NCBI RefSeq assembly: GCF_000315625.1 | Contig: NW_005434663.1 | Coordinates: 333,643 to 397,642, forward strand | Length of the DNA stretch: 64,000 nucleotides | Reading direction: 5' to 3' | Origin: Guillardia theta CCMP2712 | Lineage: Eukaryota; Protista; Cryptophyta | Shown: positions 35,257 to 50,911 of the stretch, piece by piece | Numbering within the stretch: the first letter of the stretch is position 1 | Layout: every line of letters starts with the position of its first letter | Notes under the pieces: generated by a model | Databases searched by the model: none | Told to the model about the DNA's origin: nothing | Seen by the model: only the letters and a program-made list of their open reading frames with translations | Position numbers and translations under genes: made by a program

Positions 35257-37458
35257 GCCACTCCGATCCTCTGCACAGCAGATCCCTTCGCTCGTGGACA
35301 CAGGCTCGACTGTCCTCCCTCTCATGATCCTCAAGGCTCTTGTTATCTTATCCTCAATTGCCTTTGTTTTCATCTCCCTTGCCCCTTAGCTCTGTCCCAT
35401 GTCGAATATTTGACTGTCAACCTTCATGATTTTGTTTATTCCATGTTCTGTTCTTCAAAATCAACGTAATGAATGTGTCTATGTATAAGAAGTGTATGGC
35501 CGATTCATTAAGGAATGTTGTGTTCCCTCAAACTTCCCCGTGTAAGAACTCGATCTCGATGAGCCTGCCGGCCTCAACAAGTTTCCACGAGTCCTTGCTG
35601 GAAAACTTCACAGTCAGTGCATGTCACCACCATCACAATTGATCTTGTACCTAGCGATCTAGAGCTGCTCGACTGATTGCTGTGGCACAACACGTCAACA
35701 ACTGCAGTCAGCTAGCCAGCAAATCACCATATGAAGGAAGGCGGGTGCGATCCCATCGTTCTCTGCATGTCGACGTCTCTGCTCCTGTTGACAGTCGTCA
35801 GGTTTCCTCATCGCAGGTACAAGTGCATGACCATCGTCGCAGCTGGATCAGCGAAGGGTCGATCTTCTCCGACTTGGACAGGAGGTTGTGGATGGCGGTG
35901 AGAAACTCATGGAAGGTGATGGTGGTGCGAGCAATGCTGTCGATGTCCGGGGAGGCCTGGAAGGCCAGCGAGCTCTCCGACGGCAGGAAGAGGTGGACTG
36001 AAGTGTTCCCCGGTTCCTCCTCACTATCAGCAGCGTCCCCTCGTCGGGCGTCAGTGATGAACACTCGCTCCTCCTCCTTGGTGTCGTTGGAAACTATCGC
36101 CGACTCCTTGTCGAAGGTGAGGAAATGGTCCTCTGGATTCACCGCTGACTCTTGTTGCACACGTGATGATATCCTCTCCTCGAATTCCTCCCTCAGGTGC
36201 CGCAGCCGCACTTGTCCTGGCACGCTCCTCGTTATGCTCAGTCCAAAGTGAGTGTCGAAGATGCCACTTGTCTTAATGCATGCGATGAAACCAGAGAAGT
36301 CGAGCCGTTTCCGCATGAAAGCATTCCTCACAAACAGCTGATACAACGCCCTCTCCCACGTCCTGCGCACTCAGGTGAGACACAGAAGAACGAGACGGAA
36401 GTCGATGAGGACTTACGGATCAAAGATGCTGTGAGATGACGAAGAGGGTCGAGCTGACTTGGGTCCTGTTGAGCTCGTTGAGATCCTTGAGGTCTGTAGG
36501 CTGTCAGGTCTTGCCGGCTTGCTGTAGACAAACTTGAGGAAGTCTTCGATCTTGATCCTTCCGCTTCTGTCCAGATCGAACGCCTGGAACACATCTTGCA
36601 GCTCCTCCCACGTCAGCTGATCCTCGTGAGAGTCTGGCTCGTGATCCTGGTCTCGAGTGGACACGCTTTCAATCTCCGACTCCTCATCCTCCATCCCTTC
36701 CATCTTGTTCATCTTCTGGTGATTTCTCTCCAAGATGCCCATCGACGTCGCAGCTCGAGTTCTCTTTGGCATTGGAATGTCGAACGCCTTTGCAAGAGCA
36801 TCCAAGCTGACAGTCCCATCGTGTCTGTAATCAGCCTGCCGGATGCGCTTAAGGGTGATCTCTTTCACCCGGATCCTCCTGATGCTGTCGTAGTTCATGT
36901 CTCGGGAACCAACGTCCTCCCTCGTCTTGGGCTTCATCTTCGGAGCAGGCAGCAGGTTCTTCAGCTTCTGCCTTATCTCGGTCTGCGACGTCAGCCAATC
37001 TTTTGCCGCTGACTGCATCCTGATATGATCTTTCCACATCTTTGGAGGATCTTTCCACGAGGACCTTACTTCCCTCAGCTCCTTCCTCCTCAGGTTGTGA
37101 GGCTCATACACATGCCCAGACAGGCTGGTGCTCGACCTCCTCGACCTCTCTAGCTGCCCCTTCGGTCGATTGGCAGGGTTGTGCTGCATTCCTCGATCCA
37201 GCCTACGCTTTCAGTGCTGCGAGCAGTCTATCCGCAATGATCACGTTTGGTCCCGTATCCAGGCTGAGCTCTCGGAAAATATGTTCATGCTTGCCTCCCA
37301 CAACACTGATCTCATTTCACAACACTGATCTCATTTCACAACTAATAGACCAGGTTCACTCGGTTGTTTTCACCGCTCTCGATGTTCTGCTGACTCCGAC
37401 GTGACGACGCTCTACCTCTCAGTGTCATCTGAACTCCTCCTGTGCCTGTTGTTGCCAT
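35131..37458 (-). CDS. EF-hand-containing protein
   Basis: EELQDVFQAFDLDRSGRIKIEDFLKFV is a canonical EF-hand. QADYRHDGTVSLDAL is degenerate. Several GT-AG exons. Start tentatively MATTGTGG at 37458. Confidence 0.65.
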
Positions 37459-37506
37459 CTTGGTCGCCTTTATCTCCTTCCCTCCTTCCCTCCTTCCTGT
37501 CTTCCT

Positions 37507-37672
37507 CTCATGGCCCTTCTCTCTCTCTCTGTCTTTCCATTCCTGCTCTCACAATCTCCTTCCTCTCGTAGCAACGCACAACGGAGCAACTGATGCCCCT
37601 CATCCCACCTCATCCGGGCCCTCCCGCGGGCGGCCGGGCCTAGGGCCGGGCCCCCCTCTGGGCCGGGCCCTG
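37507..37672. repeat. Dispersed repeat, copy 1 (homologous to 60916-61115)
   Basis: Shared ctcatggcccttctctctct... start, identical 33-bp core cttcctctcgtagcaacgcacaacggagcaact, then a GC-rich gggccc tail. Confidence 0.85.
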
Positions 37673-38069
37673 GTGGAACTCCCAATAAAAGGGTATAGTA
37701 CGGTACCCGGTCCTTTACTCCGGTATTTCAAGTTGTATGCCATCGTGGCCCCCACCCCCCCCCCCCTAGGGCCAAGGGCCCCGGGGCCGGGCCGGGACCG
37801 GGTACCGTGTCAGTCCCCCTGGGGCCGGCCGTGCGCCGCCGCGCAGTGGGTCATCCCGCCGAATCTCAAGTGCCCGGGTACGGTAGGGCCCCGCATTCAA
37901 TAATTGCCAGCGGCGGTGGCGGAACATGATATAACCGTTAATCAGATTAATTTCAAGTTTAGCCTGCTAGCTAGATCAAGAGCCCGGCCGCCAATTCACG
38001 TTTAAAGGGCGCGGCAGAGTCTCCAACGCATCAAGCTATAGTCACGTGTACAACTCTGTGAGCAGCTGA

Positions 38070-39700
38070 TCACTTGTTCTGCCTGTTTAAATGTAGTCTC
38101 TCAGCGCCATCAAGGCATTCATCAGCCGTCATAAATTCACCTAGCTTGCATTGCCATCTCCAAGATTTTGGCCATGGCCTCCTTCTCTTTGGCTTGATGC
38201 CTACAAGGATCTTAGAACGTCGGAGCATACACAAGGAATCATACTGGTAGGAGAGTGCCGCCAACTCATCACCATATTGTTTGGTAGCCTGTTAAATCGG
38301 AAGCTCTCAACCGAAATGTAAGCAATCACGCAGCGTCAGCACCCTTGCTTGACGTTCAGCCGCAATCTCTTTGGCTCTGATGAACATCCATTCAGCCTTG
38401 GTGGTAAACCGGTTTTCAATGCAATTTCACCTGATATCTTCATCTCTCTCCATGACCGTATCCTTCTCATTCTTTTTCTTTTTCTTGTCCTTCTTCTTTC
38501 GGTCATCTTTGCTCTTTTTGCTGGCAGATTGCACTTCCCACGCACGGAGATTGTAATATTTCACCTTCACCAACAAATTAGAAGCTCATGCCGAAATCAA
38601 CTAAAAGAAAGTTATCACGTGAGGTAAAGTCGCTGTATTGAAGTCTTCAACAAACGTTGCCCACATGTCATCCAATTCTTTCGCTGGTCAAATGATCAAC
38701 GGAAACCAGCACATCTGCAGACATGCACGCACGTGCCAGCATCCCGTAATCTATTCCTTTGTGCTCACATAACCATGCTCGGAATTCCTCCTGAGAACAG
38801 TGGTTTGTGAAATGGACAGGTATATTCCTGATTACCTGTTTCACAAACTTTTCTGAGACTCGAATGAAACCATATCTAAAGAACATCAGACCCTCAGATT
38901 TTAGCATGATACTCGCGCTCACTGTCCACACTGGTCGTTAAGATTCGATTTTCTCTTTTCCTGGGTAGGAGCGATCAAAAAACAGCGATCCAATCTCTCC
39001 ACGTCATTACTTTCTTGTCCTTCTTCTTCTTCTTGTCCTTCTTCTTCTTCTTGTCTTTCTTCTTCTTCTTGTCTTTTTTCCTCTTGTCTGCCTTCTGCTG
39101 ATGTATCACAAGGCAGGCCGCAAGCATCCACATCGCAACCTTGTGCTTCTTGCGAGAGTGAGATTTGTCCTCACTCGACGAGCTGCTTTCTGATCCACTG
39201 TCACTGTCACTGCCCAGAGTTGAGTGAGTCCAAAGGTGAGATCGTGCAGCATCGGAACCTGCTGGAGCTGCTGCTGGAGCTGCTGGAGCTGCTGGATTCG
39301 CTTCTCTCGCGCTTCTTCCTCTTGCCTGCAGCCCCGGCAGTCACTTACCAGCCCAGCAAACTTGCAGGTAGGGAGATGTAAGGACTTGATGTTCCAGCCT
39401 TACCTTCTGTGCTGTGTCGTTCGGACCTGCCCCTTTCCCCATCACCCCGGTGTCCACTTCTCTCCTCCCGCTCGTCGTCGTCGTCGGAGGGATCTCTATC
39501 TGATCTCTTTCTTTCTTCTCGGTCTGACATCTTGTCTGGTTCACTAAGAGCATCAAGAATCAATGCTGGGGTTGCTAACATAGTATGTGCCATCCAGACA
39601 TAGTTGTTCTCTACTCAAAGTTTTTCTCACTTCACTGGTTCTACTGCACAACCTCCTCTGTCATTGCTTCTCTTCCATCATAACATCGAACCAACATGAT
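38070..39700 (-). CDS. Uncharacterised charged (R/D/E- and K-rich) multi-exon protein
   Basis: Exon-like pieces: MSDREERKRSDRDPSDDDDE, (KKKKD)n, FFRYGFIRVSEKFVKQ...FRAWLCEHKGIDYGML. No family recognised. Confidence 0.4.
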
Positions 39701-40326
39701 CAATACCATTCAGATTCACCATCTCAAGAATCTCTCTCCGCCTCTCTCTTTCATCTCTCTTCCCTCCCCTCAAACCCTGGCCTGACCCTGCATTGATCCT
39801 GCAGCCGCTGGCCGGGGCCCGGCCGCGCCCGGTTCAAGCCTTGAGGCTAGCTAGTAAAACCCCACTGCTAAGACTGGAGTCTGAGAGCTGCAGTAGTGTG
39901 CACGGACAGGGTAGGGACATATTCGCTTTAAATTAGGACTTGACTCAATGATTCTCATGGCTTGAGCACCCCTCTCAAGAATTCGCTTGCAGCCCGACAC
40001 AGAAGGGAATGTAATACAAGCCTGTCAGCCGCAATGGGCGTTGCCGGCGTTTTGGGCATACGCGATTGAGGAGGGGGGAGAAACAACGGAAAGAGAAGGA
40101 GAGTTGGGAAACAGGCTCTTGGAGCTCAAGACAGACCTCTTGCACCTCTTCTTGCGAAGCTCGGAGGATCAACTTGGTTCTGAGAGCAGAGGTCCAAAGA
40201 GTGAAACTCCTCAGTCGTTCCTTGCAAGTTTCCAGCTCCACAACACTATTTGACGTTGAACGCACACAACGAATCTTGTGAGATTCTCCCATTGCCAGTT
40301 TGTGCCCCATTAAATCCCACACGAAC

Positions 40327-41304
40327 ATGATTTATCGCGTTTTGCACGCAGCTAAGTTTGTCGCGAGAAGTGCGGTTACCCGCACCAAGCTCAACAATCC
40401 TTTGGTGTATACAAGGTGTCAGGATGTATCGCTCAAGATAACACGTTGTAAGAAATACTTGACATCGGAAGGCAAGAAGAATGAAGATCACAGTGACGAG
40501 AATGAGGATCGCAATGTCAACATAAAAGCTTTTGCTGCACTTGCCGTGATTGGATCAGCTATCGGTGCCTTCATTAACATCCGGGCATACGAGCGTAGAA
40601 AAAAGAAAGAGCAGGTCGCTACAGAAGGTCCATCATACGGCGCCCCAAAGCTGGGTGGAGACTACATGCTGATAGACCAGAATGGAAAGGTAAAAAAGTT
40701 TGCACCCGTTCCATGTTATTCTTACCTTGACACTCTTCAAAGCTTCTAGGTAGCAAGGACTTACTTGGCAAATGGGTGTTCATATACTTTGGTTTCACGT
40801 ACTGTCCCGATATCTGTCCCAATGAATTGATGAAACTTCGTGAAGTCATGAAGATTCTTGGTAATATGTCCAAATGGGGTTTCTGACGTACGATATTGAA
40901 GTTCGCATGCAGAGAAGGGCGGAAAGGACCAAGCGTTACAGCCGGTGTTCATCACCATTGACCCTGAGCGAGATGGGCCACAACAGCTTAAGGACTATCT
41001 ATTGGATTGGGATCCTCGCATCATTGGATTGACTGGATCGCCAGATCAAATTTCAGAAGTCTGTCAAAAGTTTCGAGTCTACTACAGCAAGGCCTACGTT
41101 GGATCGAAGCCGACAGATTATCTCATTGATCAGTGAGTTTTAAACACTCCCCTTCGCTTTTTTTGTGTATGACTTGTCTTATGCAGCTCGGTCATGTTCT
41201 ACTTGATGAATCCGCGGGGAGAAATGACTGAATACTTCGGTCAGAATGTGCTTGTGCAGGACATGGCTACAAAGATTGCTTCTCATATGGAAAATTACAA
41301 GTGA
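40327..41304 (+). CDS. SCO1: SCO1/SenC copper chaperone for cytochrome c oxidase
   Basis: Mitochondrial-type N-terminus and TM; LGGDYMLIDQNGK; YFGFTYCPDICPNEL; PVFITIDPERD; DYLIDHS, with the Cu-ligand His formed across an intron. Three introns. Confidence 0.95.
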
Positions 41305-41404
41305 ACTGTCAAGTCAGAGGTCGGAGAACAAGCATACAATGCAAAGCCATGAAAAATATCGTCTTCAAGGATAATGTTTCTTTGACCAAAATTTATCTTC
41401 CCTT

Positions 41405-42600
41405 TCACATGAGTTTCTTGTGAGCATCCTTCCAGAACAAGGCAATGGGGGAAATGAGCAGGTGCTTGAGGAACATGTAAACAGGCACCAAGAAGTAATA
41501 AAATCCTCCCAGAGTTCCCAGAATGAGACCTGTTAGATAAAGTCAGGGATTTTTGTCCCCCTTCTCCTTACACATTTACGCAGAATATTCAAGGCCGAGC
41601 TGTCTTTCTTGGTTGCTTGCTTCTCTTCCTTGGGACCAAGCTGCAGCTTCGGTAATCCAGCCTCCGGTTTTCTACCCGTCACAGAGCATCCCATGATGAG
41701 ACCGTGCCTATACATACAACTCGTTAAAACACGAACACCAGAAAGGTTGTTGTATTGGAATGACCTTCTGACGCCATGATACCACCAGGGACCGATGCGA
41801 GTAATCTTGACATCCTCGAAACCCGCCTTCGTGAACCATTCGATGTATTCTTCCTCGGTGGGAAACAGCATCCATAAATCCGCAAAGATTCGTGAAAGTG
41901 GGAAGGTAGGATGGACAGGACCGATGCAGCAGGCGATCCCACCAGGCTTGACGACACGATACGCCTCGCAGATTCCTCGTTGGGGATCAGGCCAGTACTC
42001 AATGCTTCCTGCGGAGACATAGCGGTCTTTTGAGTCAGTCTCGAACGGAAGATCTTCAGCATCTCCTTCCATGATGGTAACGCCTTCAAGACCCTTCTTC
42101 GCTCTTGCTTTTTCCAGCTGGTGGGGAGATTGATCCATCAAAACGATCTTCTCAGGGCGGACTCCTGCTTTAACGATCCCTAAGGTGCAGAATCCCGTTC
42201 CCCCTCCGACATCAACAACGTCGAGGTCAGGAGAGGTCAGCTGTGCGGGCTTGAGGGCGTCTTCCCGCATATCCTCTGTCCAATGCCCTGGATTCACGAT
42301 CTTGTCGTATACAATGGAGAGATATCTGTAGAACCAAAACGCCTCTGCCTTGTGCTGGATCAGCCTCAGTTTCCCCAACGGCCTGCTAGCTGCTCCAGAC
42401 ATCATCCAGCGGGCTCCACTTTGCCTGCCACCAATGCTGCCGAATGCCATGGAGGGCTGAGTAGAGAACTTGGTAGCAGCTGTGAGGGAGCCGAAAGAGA
42501 AGCTTTCTACACAACATGGCAGAGAAGCGACGATAAGGCAGCAAGCTGCTGCCATTGCCATCGGCCCGAGGGCCGCAGCTTCGGCCCTGCTGATCAGCAT
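41405..42600 (-). CDS. VTE3: MPBQ/MSBQ methyltransferase (plant VTE3/APG1 type), plastid-targeted
   Basis: LIQHKAEAFWFYRYLSIVYDKIVNPGHWTEDMR; VVDVGGGTGF; RYVSAGSIEYWPDPQRGI; WYHGVRR|HGLIMGCSV; C-terminal TM GTLGGFYYFLVPVYM. Signal peptide ends VES-F. Confidence 0.93.
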
Positions 42601-43013
42601 GGCCGAAGAGATCCTTACACCCATAGCACCCCCACCCCACCTTCCCTCCGAATCCTCGGACCCCACCTGTTCAGAGTCAATCACCCCCTAATTTCACCGA
42701 AGAATTCAGCGAGTACCCCTCCCCAGGCTGTAGGGATACAGATCACCGGATTCGTTGACGTTCTTTCGGGGGGTAGTGATTTGAATTATTTTCACCCCTA
42801 CTTTATCAGGAAAATGAACCCGTACAGGATATTCATGCACCCCTCATTTGACCCGGACATACACCGGTGATCTTGCTTTGTACCACCCCCTAGTTTCTCC
42901 AGGAAATTTTCCCTTCTCGTACATAAAGGGTCAAGACCACCCCATGTTCGAGGACCCCCCTTTTGAAAATCAAAAGCACCGGTGGGAAACACTGTGGACA
43001 CTTGTCCTGCTGG

Positions 43014-46000
43014 ATGGCGGCGGCGGCAGCAGAGGAAGCGATGGGCTTCCCTGCAGTCTCCTCCGGTCCCCTCCTGGCTTCATGCAGGCCTCTTCTCTCC
43101 CTTCTTGCGGAGAATGAGCACAAGCTGAAGCAGTATGCTCTGGAGCAGATGGTGAGAAGTTCTTTTCCTTCTGCTTCTTAGGATTGGTGGTGGTTTATGG
43201 TTTGGTTGTACACATTCAAACATAAATTGATCCATTTTGTATTATGAACATGCTTGTTGAACCTCTCAGACGCTATTGTACATTTCTGACCAATTATACA
43301 GGACAAGATCGTTGACTACAACTGGGCAGAGATCGCGGATCACATCGAACAAATCGAAGAACTTTACGAAGATGATAAGTTCAGTCATAGGGAGCTTGCT
43401 GCCTTGATTGCTAGCAAGGTCCACTATCACCTCGAACAGTTTTCCGAATCTCTTTCCTACGCTTTGGGTGCTGGAACATTGTTCACAGATCAGATTGCTA
43501 GTGGAAAGCCGTCGCAGTATGTGTTCACCATTTTGTCGAAGGTTATCGACAAATACATTTCTGAGAGGATTGAAAAGTCAGAGGGTGGGTCTGATGCAGA
43601 ACCTATCGATGGCAGACTTGAAGCGATTGTTGAGAGCATGTTTGATCGATGCTTTTCTGAAGGCAACATTAAGCAAGCTGTCGGGATTGCACTTGAATCA
43701 AGGAGATTGGATAAACTGGAAGCATGCATCAATGTCAGTGGGGATCGTGCAGGTACTCTGGCTTATACTCTTGAAGCGTGCCAGACCTTGGTCCAAAGTC
43801 GAACATTCAGAAACACTGTGCTTACAGTGCTAGTGCAAATTTATCGCACGTTGGAAACACCAGATTATCAAAACATCTGCCTTTGCCTTATGTTGCTCGA
43901 AGATGACAAGGCTGTCGCAGCGCAACTTGGCGAGTTGATCAAGAGGGATGATGAAGAAAGCGAGCTGATGGCATATCAGATTGCCTTCGACTTGTGCGGC
44001 AGTGACATGCAACACTTCCTCTTGGCTGTCAGGAGCGGGTTGCCAGTACCGGCGAGTGAGAGACAAAGTGCTGAACCTCCATCGACGGCAGAGGGTGGAG
44101 AAGAGAAGGCCGAAGGTGATACCGAGATGAAAGACGCGGAGCCTCCACGAGAATTGACCGAAGCGGAGAAGAAGCTTGAAACCAGAGTCAAGAACTTGAG
44201 GAAGATTCTGAGTGGTGAGACTACGATTGGAATCCACCTGGAGTTCTTGTTCCGCAACAACAAGACGGACATGCTAATTTTGAACAACATCAAATCAGCG
44301 CTTGAAGTGCGTAATTCGATCACTCATCAAGCAACTGTCTTCGCAAACGCTGTAATGCACTGTGGAACTACAGTAGATACCTTCATCAGCCAGCCAGAGA
44401 ATTTGGAATGGCTGAAACGTGCTTCAAATTGGGCTAAATTCAGTGCAACGGCATGCGTGGGAATGATTCACAAGGGATGCATCAATAGTAGCCGAAACGT
44501 AATGAAAGCGTTCCTTCCACCAGAGACAGGCATGTCAAGCCAGCCCTATTCAGAAGGAGGTGCTCTTTATGCTCTCGGATTGATCCATGCTGGACATGGT
44601 GAAGGAATTCTCAAGTATCTCAGTAATGAATTGAAGAAGATTAAGAATAATGAGACCGTGCAGCATGGCGCTTGTTTGGGATTGGGCCTTGCTGGAATGG
44701 CAAGCGCGAATGATGAACTTTATGAAGATTTGAAGGACGTTCTCTTTCAAGACAATGCCGTTGCTGGTGAGGCTGCTGGACTTGCGATGGGATTGGTCAT
44801 GTTGGGCACAGCTTCTGAAAAGGCATGTGAAGAAATGCTCGCGTATGCCCAGGATACTCAACATGAAAAAATTATTCGTGGACTGGCAATCGGTATGGCC
44901 CTGATCATGTATGGACGTGAAGAGGGAGCAGATACCATGATAGAGCAGCTTACCAGAGACAAGGATCCCATTTTGAGATATGGTGGAATGTACACTATAG
45001 CCTGTGCCTACTCTGGAACTGGAAACAACAGCGCTATCAGACGCTTGCTTCACGTGGCAGTGTCTGATGTGTCGGATGACGTGCGAAGAGCCGCGGTTAC
45101 TTGCCTTGGATTTGTCCTGACAAATACGCCCGAACAGTGTCCTAGAGTTGTCTCGTTGCTGGCTGAATCTTACAATCCGCATGTGCGCTACGGATCCGCG
45201 CTTGCTTGTGGTATTGCATGTGCTGGAACAGGAATGCAAGAAGCGATCGAACTTCTTGAGCCCATGACGAAGGACTCAACTGATTTTGTCCGTCAGGGAG
45301 CTATGCTTGCACTAGCAATGGTATTGATTCAGGAGACTGAAGTCAGGCAACCTAAGGTAAAGGATTTCAGAAACTCGTTGGAAAAGATGATCAAGGACAA
45401 GCATGAGGATGTCATGGCGAAATATGGAGCAATCATTGCCATGTCAATTCTTGATGCGGGTGGTAGAAATGTCACTGTTTCGTTGACAACGAGACTGGGG
45501 AACAAGAGAATGAGTGGAATCGTTGGAATGGCGGTATTCTGCCAATATTGGTATTGGTTCCCTTTGGCACATTTCATCTCACTCACTTACTCGCCTACCT
45601 GCCTTATTGGATTGAACAAAGATCTGAAGATGCCAGTTTTCGATTTTATCTCGCATACGAAACCTTCTACATTTGATTATCCTCCTATGACAGAAGTCAA
45701 GACAAGCACTGCGCCGTCAAAAGTATTCAGTTCTCATGCAAATCCATTTTTTTCACTGTTTCCCTCAGGTTGCTACTGCCATTTTGTCCACAACAGCGAA
45801 GACAGAGGCTAGAAAGAAGGGGAAGAAGGACGAAGATGGAAAGAAAGAAGAAGAAGGGGCTGACAAGATGGATGTCGTGAAGGAAGAGCCTGGCAAGGAT
45901 GATACAGAGAACAAAGATGCCAACAAATCAATGGATGAGGACAAGCAAGGAGGTGAGAAGAAGAAAGAGCCGAACACGACCACTCTCTCTAATCCTGCAA

Positions 46001-46311
46001 GGTATTTTTTGCACTCGTCAATGCACGCTTTACGAATGGCATCTTTGCAGGGTGCTTCCCGCTCAAAGAAAGTACATCACGATGCCTGCAGATTGCAGGT
46101 GGGCTGGTTTAGATTGCGATGCGGTCAAGTCGCTGACAACGTTGACAGATACGAGCCGGTGTCAAAGAAGCTCTGGGGTATTGTAATGCTGAGGGATCTG
46201 AAGCCGGACGAGAAGGCGGAGATTGTGGAGGTGACGATACCTGCAACAGCGCTCCCACCGAAGGAGGAGGAGGAGCCCCCCCCTCCTGAGCCCTTCGAGT
46301 ACACTGATTAG
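43014..46311 (+). CDS. RPN2: 26S proteasome regulatory subunit RPN2/PSMD1
   Basis: IASKVHYHL; NWAKFSATACVGMIHKG; YSEGGALYALGLIH; LLHVAVSDVSDDVRRAAV; LAESYNPHVRYG; C-terminal EPPPPEPFEY. Confidence 0.97.
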
Positions 46312-46498
46312 ATTACCTTTGTTGTTGGCTTCCAGAGTACACAGGGAAGTAAAACAAATACGTGATAGGCTGTCTTTATGATTTGAGGGAATGCTGAAGA
46401 TTTCTCATACAAATACTATGTACAAGCGCACCATACAGTTAGAATTCTCTCCTTCAGGGACTCGAAGAGCAAAGATACGAGCTTTCGTTCTGCACGCT

Positions 46499-47663
46499 TC
46501 ACTCCTCTGCTTTCTGAGGTGCAAGACCGATAAACACCTTGCCGTTCTTCACCTATGACGATCGTCAGCGAATCTACCTTTGTATGGACGAGGAAAACTC
46601 ACCAAGGTCGCATAAACACCAAGTCTAGTGAGAGGGGTCCTTGAGAACAACACTGCAGAAAATATCAACCTCGAAAGCATCATCATGAGAGAAAGCCACC
46701 GCTGAGGAAAGTTCCTTTCTGCTCAGGCGCCACCTCTCCGGTTGGCAGGCTGCCAGGGCGTCAGGTGTGGAAGTTACACCCACACCACTTTCACCTGTAC
46801 ACAGCGCCACAAGTCTGGCAAGAGATCTCTTCCTTGCTGACTGGCGCACGAAGAAGAGGAAATTTGCAGCTGACGCATTGTCAATAGAGTGCGAAGAACG
46901 CACCGACACGACTCACCGCGTGCAAACGGGATCAGACGCCATGATGCGGTTTCCATATCGCATCAACATCATGGGCTGGACAGAGCCATGAGGCAATGCA
47001 GCAACAGAAAAGCTCGCTGACCTTCTTTGGAACACCTTCAGCTACCGATACCTCCACAGCCTTGCGACCGAACTCCTGCAGGGAGCAGGGAAGGTGAGCT
47101 TGACCGCGATCCTCAGTCTACAACCACCTCTTCAGGGATGTCCGCAACTTGTCCAACCTCAATGAGCTCAGGAGCGACCCGCTGCCAGGTTGTCAGAACC
47201 ATGATCATATCTCAATCTCTCTTTGTGTATGCGCCAACCTCCTTCATAGGTTTGTTCATTCGTACCTGCAGAGAAGATAAATACCGAGGGCAACTTTTCA
47301 ACCCTATCTCACCCCTCCGAGAGCCTGGTTCGTGACCTTGGCAGAACCATCGGAATTCTTCTTGGAGTATCTCACTGCCTGTCGTCTGGCTGCTCGGTTG
47401 GAAGGGGTCTCTGCAGCCGTTTCTGCAACGACGTCACCCCTAAGATCTGTGAGCAAGTGCCGGACAAAACCTTCAGATGATTCATCAGCCTGCATCTTGA
47501 GGCGGTTCGAGGAAGGGCAAGTTGATCGACGATGCCGAACAGCCATAATTTTGCCTTGCGGATTAACGAAACAAAAAGCAGTTTCGACCTGCGACAAGAA
47601 TTCATAGGCGATCAATACACACGGCAACGTCATCATCGGAAAACCACGTGTCAGCACATTCAC
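46499..47663 (-). CDS. Plastid-targeted Rieske-fold protein with CxxC...CxxC ligand set
   Basis: Signal peptide ...SQVETA-F plus transit. Spliced PMMLMRYGNRIMASDPVCTR|CKFPLLRAPVSKEEISCQTCGAVY|SLPTGEV...VKNGKVFI follows the Rieske ferredoxin pattern. Confidence 0.7.
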
Positions 47664-48387
47664 AGATGTTTCTTCTCTCAGAGATTGATATTGAGAAGCA
47701 TCTCACACTTCGTCAACGACGAACTGAAGACAACAAAGAAAAAAGGCAAGAGAAGAATGTTTGTTAGGCACCTTCATCGCCATTATCGCCACCATAACCA
47801 CCAGAAACAACCGGATTGTCGACAGCATTGCGACTATTTCTTCAAATTTTCGCCAAGGGCAATCACACAGCTATATTTCAAAATTATTGACAAAATTAGT
47901 TTATTATTTTCAAAAATAAGACAATATTTGGATATTTGAACCGTATGTTTTAGAACAGCCGAAAACTACGAAAGTTGTGAAATGGCTTTATATGGTTTTG
48001 TTGTGTGTGTGTTGAAACGAAACTAAAACTACCTTGAACTAAACTCCAACTTACTTTCTGGCAGTCTCGGCGTCGCCTCCCTTCACAAAGCATAGCGGCC
48101 GTATCATGCGATCAAGCATGCGATCCAAAACGGCGATGAGCAACGCCGATCGGCACGAAGCAGGAAGAAAGTGACTTGAGAGGAGAGCAGGAGAGCAGGA
48201 GAATCAGGAAAAGAGGGGGAGAGAAGAACAATTGATATCAGCGTCGGTGTTGGGGCTTGATAGAACTAGAGGTTCCTATCAAGTCACAATTTTTCGTCCT
48301 GTTGCTCGTTCAACGAAGATAATCTTCAACGATCCGACGTTTCTCCTCCTTCTAGTTGTTTTCCATCTCAGGATAACCCTCGCGCAA

Positions 48388-50743
<2,356 letters not shown>

Positions 50744-50811
50744 GGTGAGGGAGTTGGGATGGGAAAGCAGCTGAGGGGGAGTAGGACTGCCGTTGCTCGA
50801 CATGCTCGACC

Positions 50812-50911
50812 NNNNNNNNNNNNNNNNNNNNNNNNNNNNNNNNNNNNNNNNNNNNNNNNNNNNNNNNNNNNNNNNNNNNNNNNNNNNNNNNNNNNNNNNN
50901 NNNNNNNNNNN
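50812..50911. other. Assembly gap (100 N, true size unknown)
   Basis: N run; different genes lie on either side. Confidence 1.

Noticed and set aside
39975-40300. Short ORFs upstream of SCO1
   Set aside because: No recognisable motif or splice structure.
41120-41190. Apparent loss of the SCO1 copper-ligand His (ORF ends DYLIDQ*)
   Set aside because: An intron splits the codon; splicing gives DYLIDHS.
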